The position numbers were made by a program, and so were the translations under genes. The notes below the pieces were generated by a model. It did no database searches. It saw only the letters and a program-made list of their open reading frames with translations, and had not been told where the DNA came from. A stretch of 64,000 bases of DNA from Candidatus Aldehydirespiratoraceae bacterium (GTDB lineage: Bacteria; Actinomycetota; Acidimicrobiia; Acidimicrobiales; Aldehydirespiratoraceae). Below, one piece after another: positions 55,701 through 63,790 of the stretch (the stretch's first letter is position 1; every line of letters begins with the position of its first letter). The stretch is taken from NCBI GenBank assembly GCA_965198365.1, contig OZ240617.1:83752-147751 (forward strand). Direction: 5' to 3'.

Positions 55701-56190
55701 GCCCACGAATCACAGGCGCGTCAGGAGCATACGTCGTAGGTGTAGTGCCTGTCGTGATTTTGAGCCCAGCGATACGAGCAATGTCATCCTCGTTGGCATC
55801 CCCAGCCACATCGGTGAAGTCGTGCTCAACAACCGGTGCCGGGCTTCCCGTGAGAACTCGGTATGCCCCGGCCATGAACCGGGCCATCTCCGAACGAGTC
55901 ATATCAGCGCCGGGCCTGTAAGTGTTACCCGGAGCGGGGATGCCCAGTTCTTTAAGACATGCGATGTCGTCGGCGTGGGTGCCGCCTGCGACGACATCGG
56001 AATAGTTATCGGTGCCAGATGGGCACGAACTACCGCCGTCCTGCGCTGTCGCTGTGACCGTAGCCAAACCGAGACTGCCAGCGACGACGACAAAGGCCAC
56101 CGCCATGCGCACTAGGCGAAGGACACTCGACCGAATCTGCTGGCTTGGCACCTTCACCGGCACTCCCTTCCCCGTTACTGCTGAACTCAT
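52777..56190 (-). CDS. Secreted SLH(x3)-FN3(x8) surface protein, paralog 3
   Basis: Same architecture; N-terminus nearly identical to paralog 4. Confidence 0.9.
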   Translation of the reverse strand: MSSAVTGKGVPVKVPSQQIRSSVLRLVRMAVAFVVVAGSLGLATVTATAQDGGSSCPSGTDNYSDVVAGGTHADDIACLKELGIPAPGNTYRPGADMTRSEMARFMAGAYRVLTGSPAPVVEHDFTDVAGDANEDDIARIAGLKITTGTTPTTYAPDAPVIRGHMALFLTRLYKVVAGRAAPTGTTAFTDIGRRSAEQRTAIGQIFALKVTTGTTRTTYSPLNNVTRDQMASFVARIYRVLDALETAPGAPTGVAAEASGSNGDALEISWTAPDRDDVTGYVVQWKSGDDDFTDDNEESVDGTSTTLDDLTKGTSYTFRVAAVSEDGQGDWSDEASGTPATVPGSVSDFTATAGNELLELAWEAPDEDGGSPVTGYVVQWVAGRGSRQKTEVDAAATSYTIRGLDNNQSYSVWIQAVNAVGAGTITAPAGQDGALGPISPSPVAAGAPANLTAATGRDDFNRELFIATELDLSWSEPVNSGGANFIDFDVAYRCGTNVAWTTPFNSPVLHVSTTRVYYHTVTGLTPGVRCEVRVRANSYSELSKPANNRFDQGTDEELTGPWATVSATPATAPGAPTDIEVTNAHQALHVTWAAPVTPGGANPLPGDAPNNGGSPITGYEITWDDGGRATVGVAARSYTVTGLDNRYNYTVAVRTVNATGKSAAGSVIAGRSLTVKPEAVNSAPRNVVAVPPPVFTGVTHSSDTLKVSWDAPASNGTTPPHDYVVQYRTAFVPAIRGVRGTTPAGAWNTSGVATVDPVNRKVDITLLNPGTRYEVRVQAVNIPNPRTAPAATANGPWATSSGTPSTVPYKVVVATEDVETGFTSLNVRWAPPNDNETGGSPVTHYLVRYAIDTLGSPFSSDIRVNAPTTRVRISGLRPDTNYVVQVQAVNASGKGPSSDETPGFTAGVPSAPTSVRAVSVPTTIENATGNSLRVSWAAVTQSNGGGAIAGYLVQYRPVSETGVWTTEPWSTTNVVTPDLRQRVAIITGLIEGQHYLVRVRATANNPGSSAYSSVVKSEGVPVVGTGFEEHNLDPRMSINTAVSRTTINVEWNSIAATDVRSNVTGYKVRWYPTTPGAAGRTGSVNVSGKSTSSYAITGLTLGFYTVVVSAVNHIGNSEEILAVSDAGRTTIEVARPS

Positions 56191-56352
56191 TGCTGCTCCA
56201 TTCTCGGTTGGTTTGTCTGGCTCGTAGCAGACACCAGTTGAAATCTAGCGGTTATCCGCCGCCGGCACCGCCAGTGAGCCACAGAAAACACCAAATACGT
56301 GAAAGGGGAACTGCCCCAAGCAAGGTGCGCCAGAGCAATAATCGGGGTGAAA

Positions 56353-56474
56353 AATAGCCAAAGCCCGAGGCCAAGACCTCGGGCTTTGAACTAATGCTTA
56401 GTTGCAATTGCAGCTAAAGTAGCCGGCGGCTCACTGTGCCCGGCGGAGAGCACAGGAGCCAGCCGAACTACATC
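56353..56474 (-). repeat. Conserved structured 3' element plus terminator after FN3 paralog 4
   Basis: AAAGCCCGAGG-CCAAGA-CCTCGGGCTTT perfect stem plus the hairpin at 56419-56471. Confidence 0.8.
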
Positions 56475-56479
56475 TTGTA

Positions 56480-59400
56480 TTACCTCGGCACGGTAATGGT
56501 CGCTGAGTCAACGGTACCATCGCCATCAGAATCCGACATAGCTGGCAGTTCAGCGCTGCCTCCGACATGGTTGACCACGGAGACAACCACTGTGTAGGTA
56601 CCGGGTGTTAGGCCAGTGATGGCGTACTTACCCGTTTCCTTACCGGAGACGTTCGCACTGCCGATGCTACCGCCCGCTCCTGCTGCCGATGGATACCATC
56701 TGACCTTGTAGCCGGTGATGGTGCTTCGGACATCGGCTGGCGAGATGCTGTTCCATGCCACGTTGAGCGTGGTCTTGCTGACCGCGGTGTTGATCGAAAC
56801 CGTTGGGCTGAGGTCGTGTTGACCAGGCTGGTCTCCAACAAGTGGGACACCTTCGGATTTGACCACAGCGGCGTAGCCCGAACTACCAGCGTTATTGGCG
56901 TTTGCCCTGACCCGTACCAGATAGTGCTTTCCTTCCGCATCAGCACGGGTGAGCACGATCACAGCTTCCGTCTTCTTGTCATCTGGTATGACGACATTCA
57001 CCGCATCGGCAGCCGACCAATCTTGGCCGGCAATGTAGGCGCCGGTCGGCGTGACTTGCCGGTACTGGATCGTGTAGCCGGTGATTGCGCCGCCACCGTT
57101 GGTTTGGGTAACCGGTGACCATCTGACAAACAGAGTATTACTAGTGGTGGGATCGGCAGGAGCACGCGTCGCGATTGAAACTGCTACGACTGAGGCAGGT
57201 GCTGAAGCCACACCGCTCGTCGAGAATCCAGTCTCAGCGCTCGATGTGCCCTTGCCGATTGCGTTGACGGCTTGGACCTGCACCACATAACCGCTGTCGG
57301 TTCGCAGACCCCTGATCGTCGTACGGGTTGCTGGTGCGTTTACCCGGATATCGGAACTGAACTGCGAGCCCGCTGTAGATAGTGCATACCTCACCAAATA
57401 GTGCGTGATATCACTACCACCGTCGGCGGGCGCGTCCCATCTCAAGGTTACTGAGCTGAAGCCAGGTTCAAGATCATCCCCTTTATTGAGCACAACCGGG
57501 TCGGGCTGTGTGGCTGGGGTTCCCGAACCAGTTGCCCATGGGCCATTAGCTGTCGTAGTCGGCGCAGTCCTCGGGTTTGGAATGTTGACTGCCTGGACTC
57601 GCACGTCATATGCGGTACCCGCATCCAAACCGGTGATGTCGACCTTCCTGTTTACGACATCGATCGTATCAACATTCGTGTCTCCCCAATCACCGGCAGG
57701 GCCTGTGCCTCTGACACCTGGTACTGCGGGGACCATGGAAGTCCGATACTCAACCACGTAGCCGTTCCCAGGGTTTGTACCGTTGGATCCTGGTGCGTTC
57801 CATGAGACTTTCAAAGTGGTGCCCACATGTGGAACGCCAGTCAACACCGGAGGCGGAACAGCAACGATATTGCTGGGAGCAGAATTCACGGATTCTGGTT
57901 TCACTGTTAGTAAAGCACTGGTCGCGGCAGGTGTATCGGCGGTATCTGAGCCGGCACCACTCTTGCCAGCAGCGTTGACTGCTTTGACTGCAACTGTGTA
58001 GTTGTAGCGATTGTCTAGACCAGTGATGGTGTATGACCTCACATCAGCCCCAACGGTGGCCGAACCGCCGCCGTCCCAAGTAATTTCGTAACCCGTGATG
58101 GGGCTGCCCCCGTTGTCGGGTTCATTTCCGCCTCCGGTGGGAGCGGGGTCAATAGCTTGCACGGGTGCTGCCCATGTGACCTGCAAGGACTGGTGAGCCT
58201 TGGTGACCTCTACATCTGTTGGTTGACCAGGAGGTCCTGCTGTAGTAGCAGACACCGTTGCCCATGGACCAGACAGCTCTTTGTCGTCACCGTCGTTGAA
58301 CGCTCCGAAACGGGGATTAGGCGTTCCATCAGTGAGTAGTGGACGCTCGGCAACACGAGGAGTGTCGTCATCATTGTCGTCTGCGACAAGGTCAACCCAA
58401 CTGTTCACACGGACCCGAACTTCACACGCCTGGCCCGCCGTGCGGCCGTCGATGGTCATCTCGTAAACCCGAGTAGTTGGCGCATATGCCACGGGAGAAC
58501 CTGTCACGGAGGTTGCGGTCCAAGAAACGGTTGTTCCGCATCTGATCTGAACGTCGAAGTTGCGTAGGTTTGCGCCACCGCTGTTAGCGGGCTCCGACCA
58601 ACTCAGAGCCAACACCGCTGGATTGAGGCTCCTATCCGCGTTAACCATGGTGCCTGCCTTGAAGTTTGCAGGAGCGCCCGCTGCGACGGGTTCTGGCGAA
58701 ACCAGCCCAGCACCACCGCCGCTACCTGGGGCGGTACCGTCACCTGGTGTGGTGATCGTGCCGACACCGGCAGCGTTCACTGCCTGGATCCACACGGAAT
58801 AGCTCAGATCGTTGCGCAATTCTCTAATGGTGTACGACGTCGCATCACCATCATCAATCTCAACTTGCTGGCGTGCACCGCGACCCGCAGCCCACTGGAC
58901 CACATAACCAGTCACGGCACTACCACCATCATCAGCTGGTGCTGCCCAAGCCAATTCCAACGACTCGTTACCAGCAGTCGCCGTGAAATCACTCACAGCA
59001 CCTGGCACCGTCGCTGGACTACCCGACGCCTCATCGGACCAGTCACTCTGGCCGTCACCGCTCACCGCAGCGACACGGAATGTGTACGCAGTGCCCTGGG
59101 TGAGACCATCGGCCGTGGACGAAGTGCCGTCCACCGAACTCTGGTTGTCAGCGGAGTAGTCGTCGTCGCCCGACTTCCACTGCACGACATAGCCGGTGAC
59201 ATCGCTTGTGCCGCTTTCTTCAGGGGCTGTCCAGGAGACATCCAACGCATCTCCATCGTCACCACTGACCGCAACTTCAACACCGGTCGGAGCTCCCGGA
59301 GCTTCAGTTGGATCAGGTAGAGCATCAAGCACTCGATGCATACGTGCGACAAACGACGCCATCTGCTCGCGTGTCACATTGTTGGACGGCGAGTACGTCG

Positions 59401-60055
59401 TATCTGTAGTACCCGTCGTAACGCCCAGAGCAAAGATCTGACCAATAGCGGCCTGCTGCTCGTCACTGCGCTCACCGATGTCGGTGAACTCAGTCGTTCC
59501 AGCCGCAGCGTCCTCGCCCGTGACCGCCGTATAGAGGCGTGTCAAGAACAAGGCCATGTGGCCGCGAATCACAACGTCATCAGGCGCATACAAAGTGCCT
59601 TCCGGATTGACGCCGTTGGTGATGCCGAGTCCAGCGATACGAGCAATATCGTCCTCGTTCGGGTCGCCGGCCACATCGGTGAAAGCGTGATCAGCAACAT
59701 CTGCTGCGCTTCCCGTGGCCGCTGCGTATGCCCCAGCCATGAACCGGGCCATCTCCGAACGAGTTATATCGTCGCCAGGCCTGTAGGTGTCACCCTCTGC
59801 GGGGATGCCCAATTCTAGAAGACATGCGATGTCGTTGGCGTGTGTTGTGCCTGCGACGACATCCGAATAGTTATCGGTGCCAGATGGGCACGAACTACCG
59901 CCGTCCTGCGCGGTCGCTGTGACCGTGGCCAAACCGAGACTGCCCGCGACGACGACAAAGGCCACCGCCATACGTACTAGGCGAAGCACACTCAACCGAA
60001 TCGATCGGTTCGGCACCTTCACCGGCACTCCCTTTCCCGTTACTGCTGAACTCAT
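56480..60055 (-). CDS. Secreted SLH(x3)-FN3(x8) surface protein, paralog 4
   Basis: Same architecture; longest acidic loop in FN3 domain 3; C-terminal DSDGDG motif. Confidence 0.9.
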   Translation of the reverse strand: MSSAVTGKGVPVKVPNRSIRLSVLRLVRMAVAFVVVAGSLGLATVTATAQDGGSSCPSGTDNYSDVVAGTTHANDIACLLELGIPAEGDTYRPGDDITRSEMARFMAGAYAAATGSAADVADHAFTDVAGDPNEDDIARIAGLGITNGVNPEGTLYAPDDVVIRGHMALFLTRLYTAVTGEDAAAGTTEFTDIGERSDEQQAAIGQIFALGVTTGTTDTTYSPSNNVTREQMASFVARMHRVLDALPDPTEAPGAPTGVEVAVSGDDGDALDVSWTAPEESGTSDVTGYVVQWKSGDDDYSADNQSSVDGTSSTADGLTQGTAYTFRVAAVSGDGQSDWSDEASGSPATVPGAVSDFTATAGNESLELAWAAPADDGGSAVTGYVVQWAAGRGARQQVEIDDGDATSYTIRELRNDLSYSVWIQAVNAAGVGTITTPGDGTAPGSGGGAGLVSPEPVAAGAPANFKAGTMVNADRSLNPAVLALSWSEPANSGGANLRNFDVQIRCGTTVSWTATSVTGSPVAYAPTTRVYEMTIDGRTAGQACEVRVRVNSWVDLVADDNDDDTPRVAERPLLTDGTPNPRFGAFNDGDDKELSGPWATVSATTAGPPGQPTDVEVTKAHQSLQVTWAAPVQAIDPAPTGGGNEPDNGGSPITGYEITWDGGGSATVGADVRSYTITGLDNRYNYTVAVKAVNAAGKSGAGSDTADTPAATSALLTVKPESVNSAPSNIVAVPPPVLTGVPHVGTTLKVSWNAPGSNGTNPGNGYVVEYRTSMVPAVPGVRGTGPAGDWGDTNVDTIDVVNRKVDITGLDAGTAYDVRVQAVNIPNPRTAPTTTANGPWATGSGTPATQPDPVVLNKGDDLEPGFSSVTLRWDAPADGGSDITHYLVRYALSTAGSQFSSDIRVNAPATRTTIRGLRTDSGYVVQVQAVNAIGKGTSSAETGFSTSGVASAPASVVAVSIATRAPADPTTSNTLFVRWSPVTQTNGGGAITGYTIQYRQVTPTGAYIAGQDWSAADAVNVVIPDDKKTEAVIVLTRADAEGKHYLVRVRANANNAGSSGYAAVVKSEGVPLVGDQPGQHDLSPTVSINTAVSKTTLNVAWNSISPADVRSTITGYKVRWYPSAAGAGGSIGSANVSGKETGKYAITGLTPGTYTVVVSVVNHVGGSAELPAMSDSDGDGTVDSATITVPR

Positions 60056-60478
60056 TGCTGCTCCATTCTTGGTTGGATTGTCTGGCTCTTCGCAGACACC
60101 AGTCGAAATCTAGCGGTTAACTGCACCCGGCACCTTGCTGGGACACAGAAAACACCTATCACGATCGGCATGCAAAGGTTAGCGCAGGCCGATTTCTAAC
60201 ACAACCCAACCCCCAAGTCAACGACATAGGGGCCGGAAGAGGCGTCAGAATCGCTAGGTGTCGGTAAGAAACCGCACATGTATTCAAGGCCTTCAGCATA
60301 ACGCCACAATTGGTTACGCGCCATGCTTTCACGGGCTAACTGATCCACCTTTCTTCTTGTTGAGGATTCTGGAGTCGGGGCGGGGGCTCGGCAAGGGGCC
60401 GTTACGCTGTCCGGAAGCGGCCCCCTGGTCGCCGCGGGACACTGATTCTCAGCCCGTCGACAACACGTCCAGCAACCC

Positions 60479-61318
60479 ATGGAAAGCCTTGTGATCCGAC
60501 TCCCAGCACTCCCCTATCCCCAAGACGCCCTCGCCCCGCATATCAGCGAACGAACCATGGGATTCCACTACGGCAAACACCACGCCGGCTACGTGGCCAA
60601 CCTCAACAAACTCCTTAGCGGTGGGGCCGGCAAGGTCGGGAACACTGTGGGAGCCTCAGGTGGTGTGGCTGGTGGGGTTGGTGGTGGGGCTGTTGGTGGG
60701 GCTGTTGGTGGGGCTGTTGGTGGTGGGGCCGGGGGTGCGGGTGGCCGTGGGGCCGGCGGCGGGGCTGGCCGTGGGGCTGGCGGCGGGGGGGTGAGCCTTG
60801 AGACGCTTATTACTACCCCCGGGCCGGTTGCGGTGTTCAACAACGCCGCCCAGATCTGGAACCACACCTTCTACTGGCAATCCATGAGCCCCGACGGCGG
60901 AGGCGACCCGAGTGGAGAACTCGCCTCGGCCATCACCTCCAGCTTCGGGTCTGTCGACACGTTGCGGGACGAGCTGACCGCCGCGGCGACCCGCAACTTC
61001 GCGTCCGGCTGGACCTGGCTCGTGCGCCTTGGTTCTGGTGCTGGGGATGGTTTTGGCGGCGCTGGGGGTGCTGGGGGTGCTGGGGATGGTGGTGGCGGTG
61101 CTGGGGGTGCTGGGGGTGCTGGGGGCGGGGAGTTGGCCGTCATCAACACCAACGATGCCGACAACCCACTGGTGAGCGGGCACCAACCACTGATCACGAT
61201 CGACATCTGGGAACACGCCTACTACCTCGACTACCAGAACGCTCGGCCCGCCTACATCGCCACGTTCCTCGAGCACCTTATTAATTGGGACTTCGCAGCA
61301 GCCAACTACGCCGCCTGA
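60479..61318 (+). CDS. sodB: Fe/Mn superoxide dismutase (Fe-type signature) with two Gly/Ala-rich insertions
   Basis: HYGKHH, FNNAAQIWNHTFYW, SGWTWL, DIWEHAYYLDYQN: all metal ligands present; AAQ and DAD pattern of FeSOD. Confidence 0.85.
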   Translation: MESLVIRLPALPYPQDALAPHISERTMGFHYGKHHAGYVANLNKLLSGGAGKVGNTVGASGGVAGGVGGGAVGGAVGGAVGGGAGGAGGRGAGGGAGRGAGGGGVSLETLITTPGPVAVFNNAAQIWNHTFYWQSMSPDGGGDPSGELASAITSSFGSVDTLRDELTAAATRNFASGWTWLVRLGSGAGDGFGGAGGAGGAGDGGGGAGGAGGAGGGELAVINTNDADNPLVSGHQPLITIDIWEHAYYLDYQNARPAYIATFLEHLINWDFAAANYAA

Positions 61319-61535
61319 GCTTGCATGGGCCTGGGCCTGCGTGGGCCGACGCCTGAGCCGTCGCCGCCTGAGCCTGAGCCGGCCGAGCCTTCCTAGTCAT
61401 CCCGACGCTGCGTGAGCCGCCTGAATCGCTTGAGAACCACGCCGCCTGAGAACTACGCCGCTGCGTGGGCGAGGCGTGTGGTGTGTGGGGCGAGGCACCG
61501 GGGTGTGCGGGCGAGGCACGGCGTGGGCGAGGCGT
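61319..61535. repeat. Low-complexity intergenic repeats echoing the SOD 3' end
   Basis: Several GCCTGAG and CGCCGCCTGAG units, AACTACGCCGC and four GGGCGAGGC units. Confidence 0.7.
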
Positions 61536-61652
61536 ATCACGGAACGTGCTGTTGTAGTGTCACAGGGTATGTGATAGCTTGACGAGCATCGACAACCGGT
61601 CCTAATCGTGCCGCCTTGGCGGAGGGCGTGTTAGGTGCACGAAAGGACAATA

Positions 61653-62042
61653 ATGGAGCCATCCGTGATCGAAACGATCAGCATTTTCGGAGGAGCAGCA
61701 CTCCTACTGTTCGGCTGGTTCATCAGGAGCGTGGGCACGAAGATCGACAAACTCGACGAGAAGGTCGACAAGCTCGACAAGAAAGTCGACACGAAGATCG
61801 ACAAACTCGACAAGAAAGTCGACACGAAGATCGACAAACTCGACGCGAAAGTCGACACGAAGATCGACAAGCTCGACAAGAAGGTCGACAAGCTCGACGA
61901 GAAAGTCAACACGTTGACAGCGAGCGTCGCGGCGATAGCGGCGACCCAAGCCGAGCACGGCATCATGCTCCAGCACATGATGGGGCATGGGGAGCGCATC
62001 AGCGCACTCGAAGGTGCCGTCTTCGGAACCGCCGCTACCTAG
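61653..62042 (+). CDS. N-terminal TM + KID-repeat coiled-coil protein (Bdr-like repeats)
   Basis: TKIDKLDKKVD hendecads and KLDxKVD heptads in the order 11-7-11-11-11-7; C-terminal ERISALEG. Confidence 0.8.
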   Translation: MEPSVIETISIFGGAALLLFGWFIRSVGTKIDKLDEKVDKLDKKVDTKIDKLDKKVDTKIDKLDAKVDTKIDKLDKKVDKLDEKVNTLTASVAAIAATQAEHGIMLQHMMGHGERISALEGAVFGTAAT

Positions 62043-62227
62043 TTCATCAGGTCTTCGCGCGGCTTTAGCAATCGCCCGCTGGGTGGGCCAGACCTGGTTG
62101 GGCGAGGAATATCACAGAACATATTGTGATTGTGTCACAAGGGCTGTGTTAGTGTGATACACATCAACAATAGATCTCAGTCATCTCACCATACCGGGGA
62201 TCCGTCTGAGGTCAGGAGAGGACAACA

Positions 62228-62500
62228 ATGGAACTAGCACAAGTTGTATTGGTCAGTATCTGGACCGGATCGATTGTCTTTTTTTTCATCATGATGGTTG
62301 GCATGGTCAGGGACGATCGAAAACGGGAACGAGACCAACGGAAGAGAGACCTGAAACGCGAACACGACCAACGAGAGAAGAGGCTCACACAGGAGATCAA
62401 GACGCTTGAACGAAGCCTCGGCTCGAAGATCGACACAATCGACAGGAGTGTCGGAAGGCTTGATGAGAAGGTGCTGGAGCTCAGCTCGTCCAGGACTTGA
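62228..62500 (+). CDS. N-terminal TM + short coiled-coil protein
   Basis: GGAGAGG RBS, TM, charged coil, SKIDTIDRSV. Confidence 0.7.
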   Translation: MELAQVVLVSIWTGSIVFFFIMMVGMVRDDRKRERDQRKRDLKREHDQREKRLTQEIKTLERSLGSKIDTIDRSVGRLDEKVLELSSSRT

Positions 62501-63518
62501 CCTTCTCGATAAGGGCCAGCGGATCGCCACCAACCGGGGTGACCTGTAGACGAGTAACGCCAGCCGCGGCATACGCCTCCACACGCTCCCGGACCCGGCC
62601 CTCGTCGCCGACCATCGCCGTGGCATCAAGGAAATCCTGAGGGACCGCAGCCATCGCCTCATCCTTACGGCCTGAAAGGTACAGATCCTGAATCTCGTGT
62701 GCTTCTTGTTCATAGCCGTACTGACAGAAGAGGTTGTTGTAGAAGTTCTGATCCCTCGAACCCATACCCCCCACATACAACGCCACCATGAAACGAGCGC
62801 CGTCACGAATCTTCTGCGCCTGCGGCTCATCACAGATCGCAAGCAAGCCGCCGGCCACGACCTCCAACGGTCCCAGAGCCGGATCACGCTTGGCCGTGCC
62901 CTTCGCCAACACGTCGCTCCAAACCGAGCGCGCCTTGTCGGGGTGGAAGAACACCGGAATCCAACCGTCGGCAACCTCGGCGGTCGTCGCAACATTGCTC
63001 GGACCAAGCGACGCAATATATATAGGTATGTTCGAACGCTTCGGATGGTTGATCAACTTGAGCGGCTTACCCAGACCCGTGCCCTGGTCGGGCGGGAGCG
63101 GCAGCTGGTAGCTCGGGCCGTCGTGCACCACGACCTCACGGCGCCACACCTTGCGACAAATCTCGATCAACTCACGCTGGCGACCAACCGGGCGGTCATA
63201 GGGCACGCCATGCCAACCCTCGATCACCTGAGGACCCGACGCGCCGATACCGAGAATGAAGCGTCCATCGGAGACCGCATCGAGACCGGCCGCAGTCATC
63301 GCCGTGAGGGTCGGCGTGCGCGAATAGATAGGCAGGATGCTCGAGCCGAGCTCCATGGTCTCGGTCTTAGCCGCTAGATAACCGAGAATGCTGACCGCGT
63401 CGAAGCTGTACAGCTCCGCCACCCAGCCAACATCGATCCCGGCGGATTCCAGATCTCGGGCTTGCTCGGCCGCAGCCTTCGGATCGCCGGAGTAATTGAG
63501 TGTCATCGACAGCTTCAT
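62481..63518 (-). CDS. LLM-class F420-dependent oxidoreductase
   Basis: WVAELYSFDA, GRFILGIGASGPQVIEGWHG, IPIYIASLGP..V.TTAEVADGW; start trimmed to MKLSMTL. Confidence 0.9.
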   Translation of the reverse strand: MKLSMTLNYSGDPKAAAEQARDLESAGIDVGWVAELYSFDAVSILGYLAAKTETMELGSSILPIYSRTPTLTAMTAAGLDAVSDGRFILGIGASGPQVIEGWHGVPYDRPVGRQRELIEICRKVWRREVVVHDGPSYQLPLPPDQGTGLGKPLKLINHPKRSNIPIYIASLGPSNVATTAEVADGWIPVFFHPDKARSVWSDVLAKGTAKRDPALGPLEVVAGGLLAICDEPQAQKIRDGARFMVALYVGGMGSRDQNFYNNLFCQYGYEQEAHEIQDLYLSGRKDEAMAAVPQDFLDATAMVGDEGRVRERVEAYAAAGVTRLQVTPVGGDPLALIEKVKSWTS

Positions 63519-63534
63519 CGTCTTTGTGCTTTCA

Positions 63535-63621
63535 GTTCGGTTGTGTGGTTGGGGGGTTCGGGGGTTCGGTTGTGTGGTTGGCGGGTTCGGGGGTTCGGTT
63601 GTGTGGTTGGCGGGTTCGGGG
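63535..63621. repeat. 3 x 29-bp tandem repeat in the divergent LLM/sulfatase intergenic region
   Basis: GTTCGGTTGTGTGGTTGG(C/G)GGGTTCGGGG at 63535, 63564 and 63593. Confidence 0.9.
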
Positions 63622-63790
63622 GTTCGGGGGTTGATTTCCGGGAGGATAACTATTGTCAGTGTTGGCGACAATAGTTGACCCGCCGTAGTGTCACACCGTT
63701 AACCAATACTGGCAACCACCCCTGCCAACCAACCCTGTCCATAAACCCTGCCCACAAACACGGCCGACCGACAAGCTAGGAGAACAACTC

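Noticed and set aside
56296-56352. c-di-AMP (ydaO)-like riboswitch suggested by GGGGAAC...GGGGTGAA
   Set aside because: It is on the strand opposite the downstream gene, and the other conserved riboswitch elements are absent.
29895-60055. Diversity-generating retroelement acting on RCC1 or FN3 repeats
   Set aside because: No reverse transcriptase in the window, and no template/variable pair with adenine-specific mismatches was seen.
63519-63671. Pro/Thr-rich N-terminal extension of the LLM enzyme
   Set aside because: It derives from a non-triplet 29-bp repeat that lacks stops by composition; family homology starts at MKLSM.
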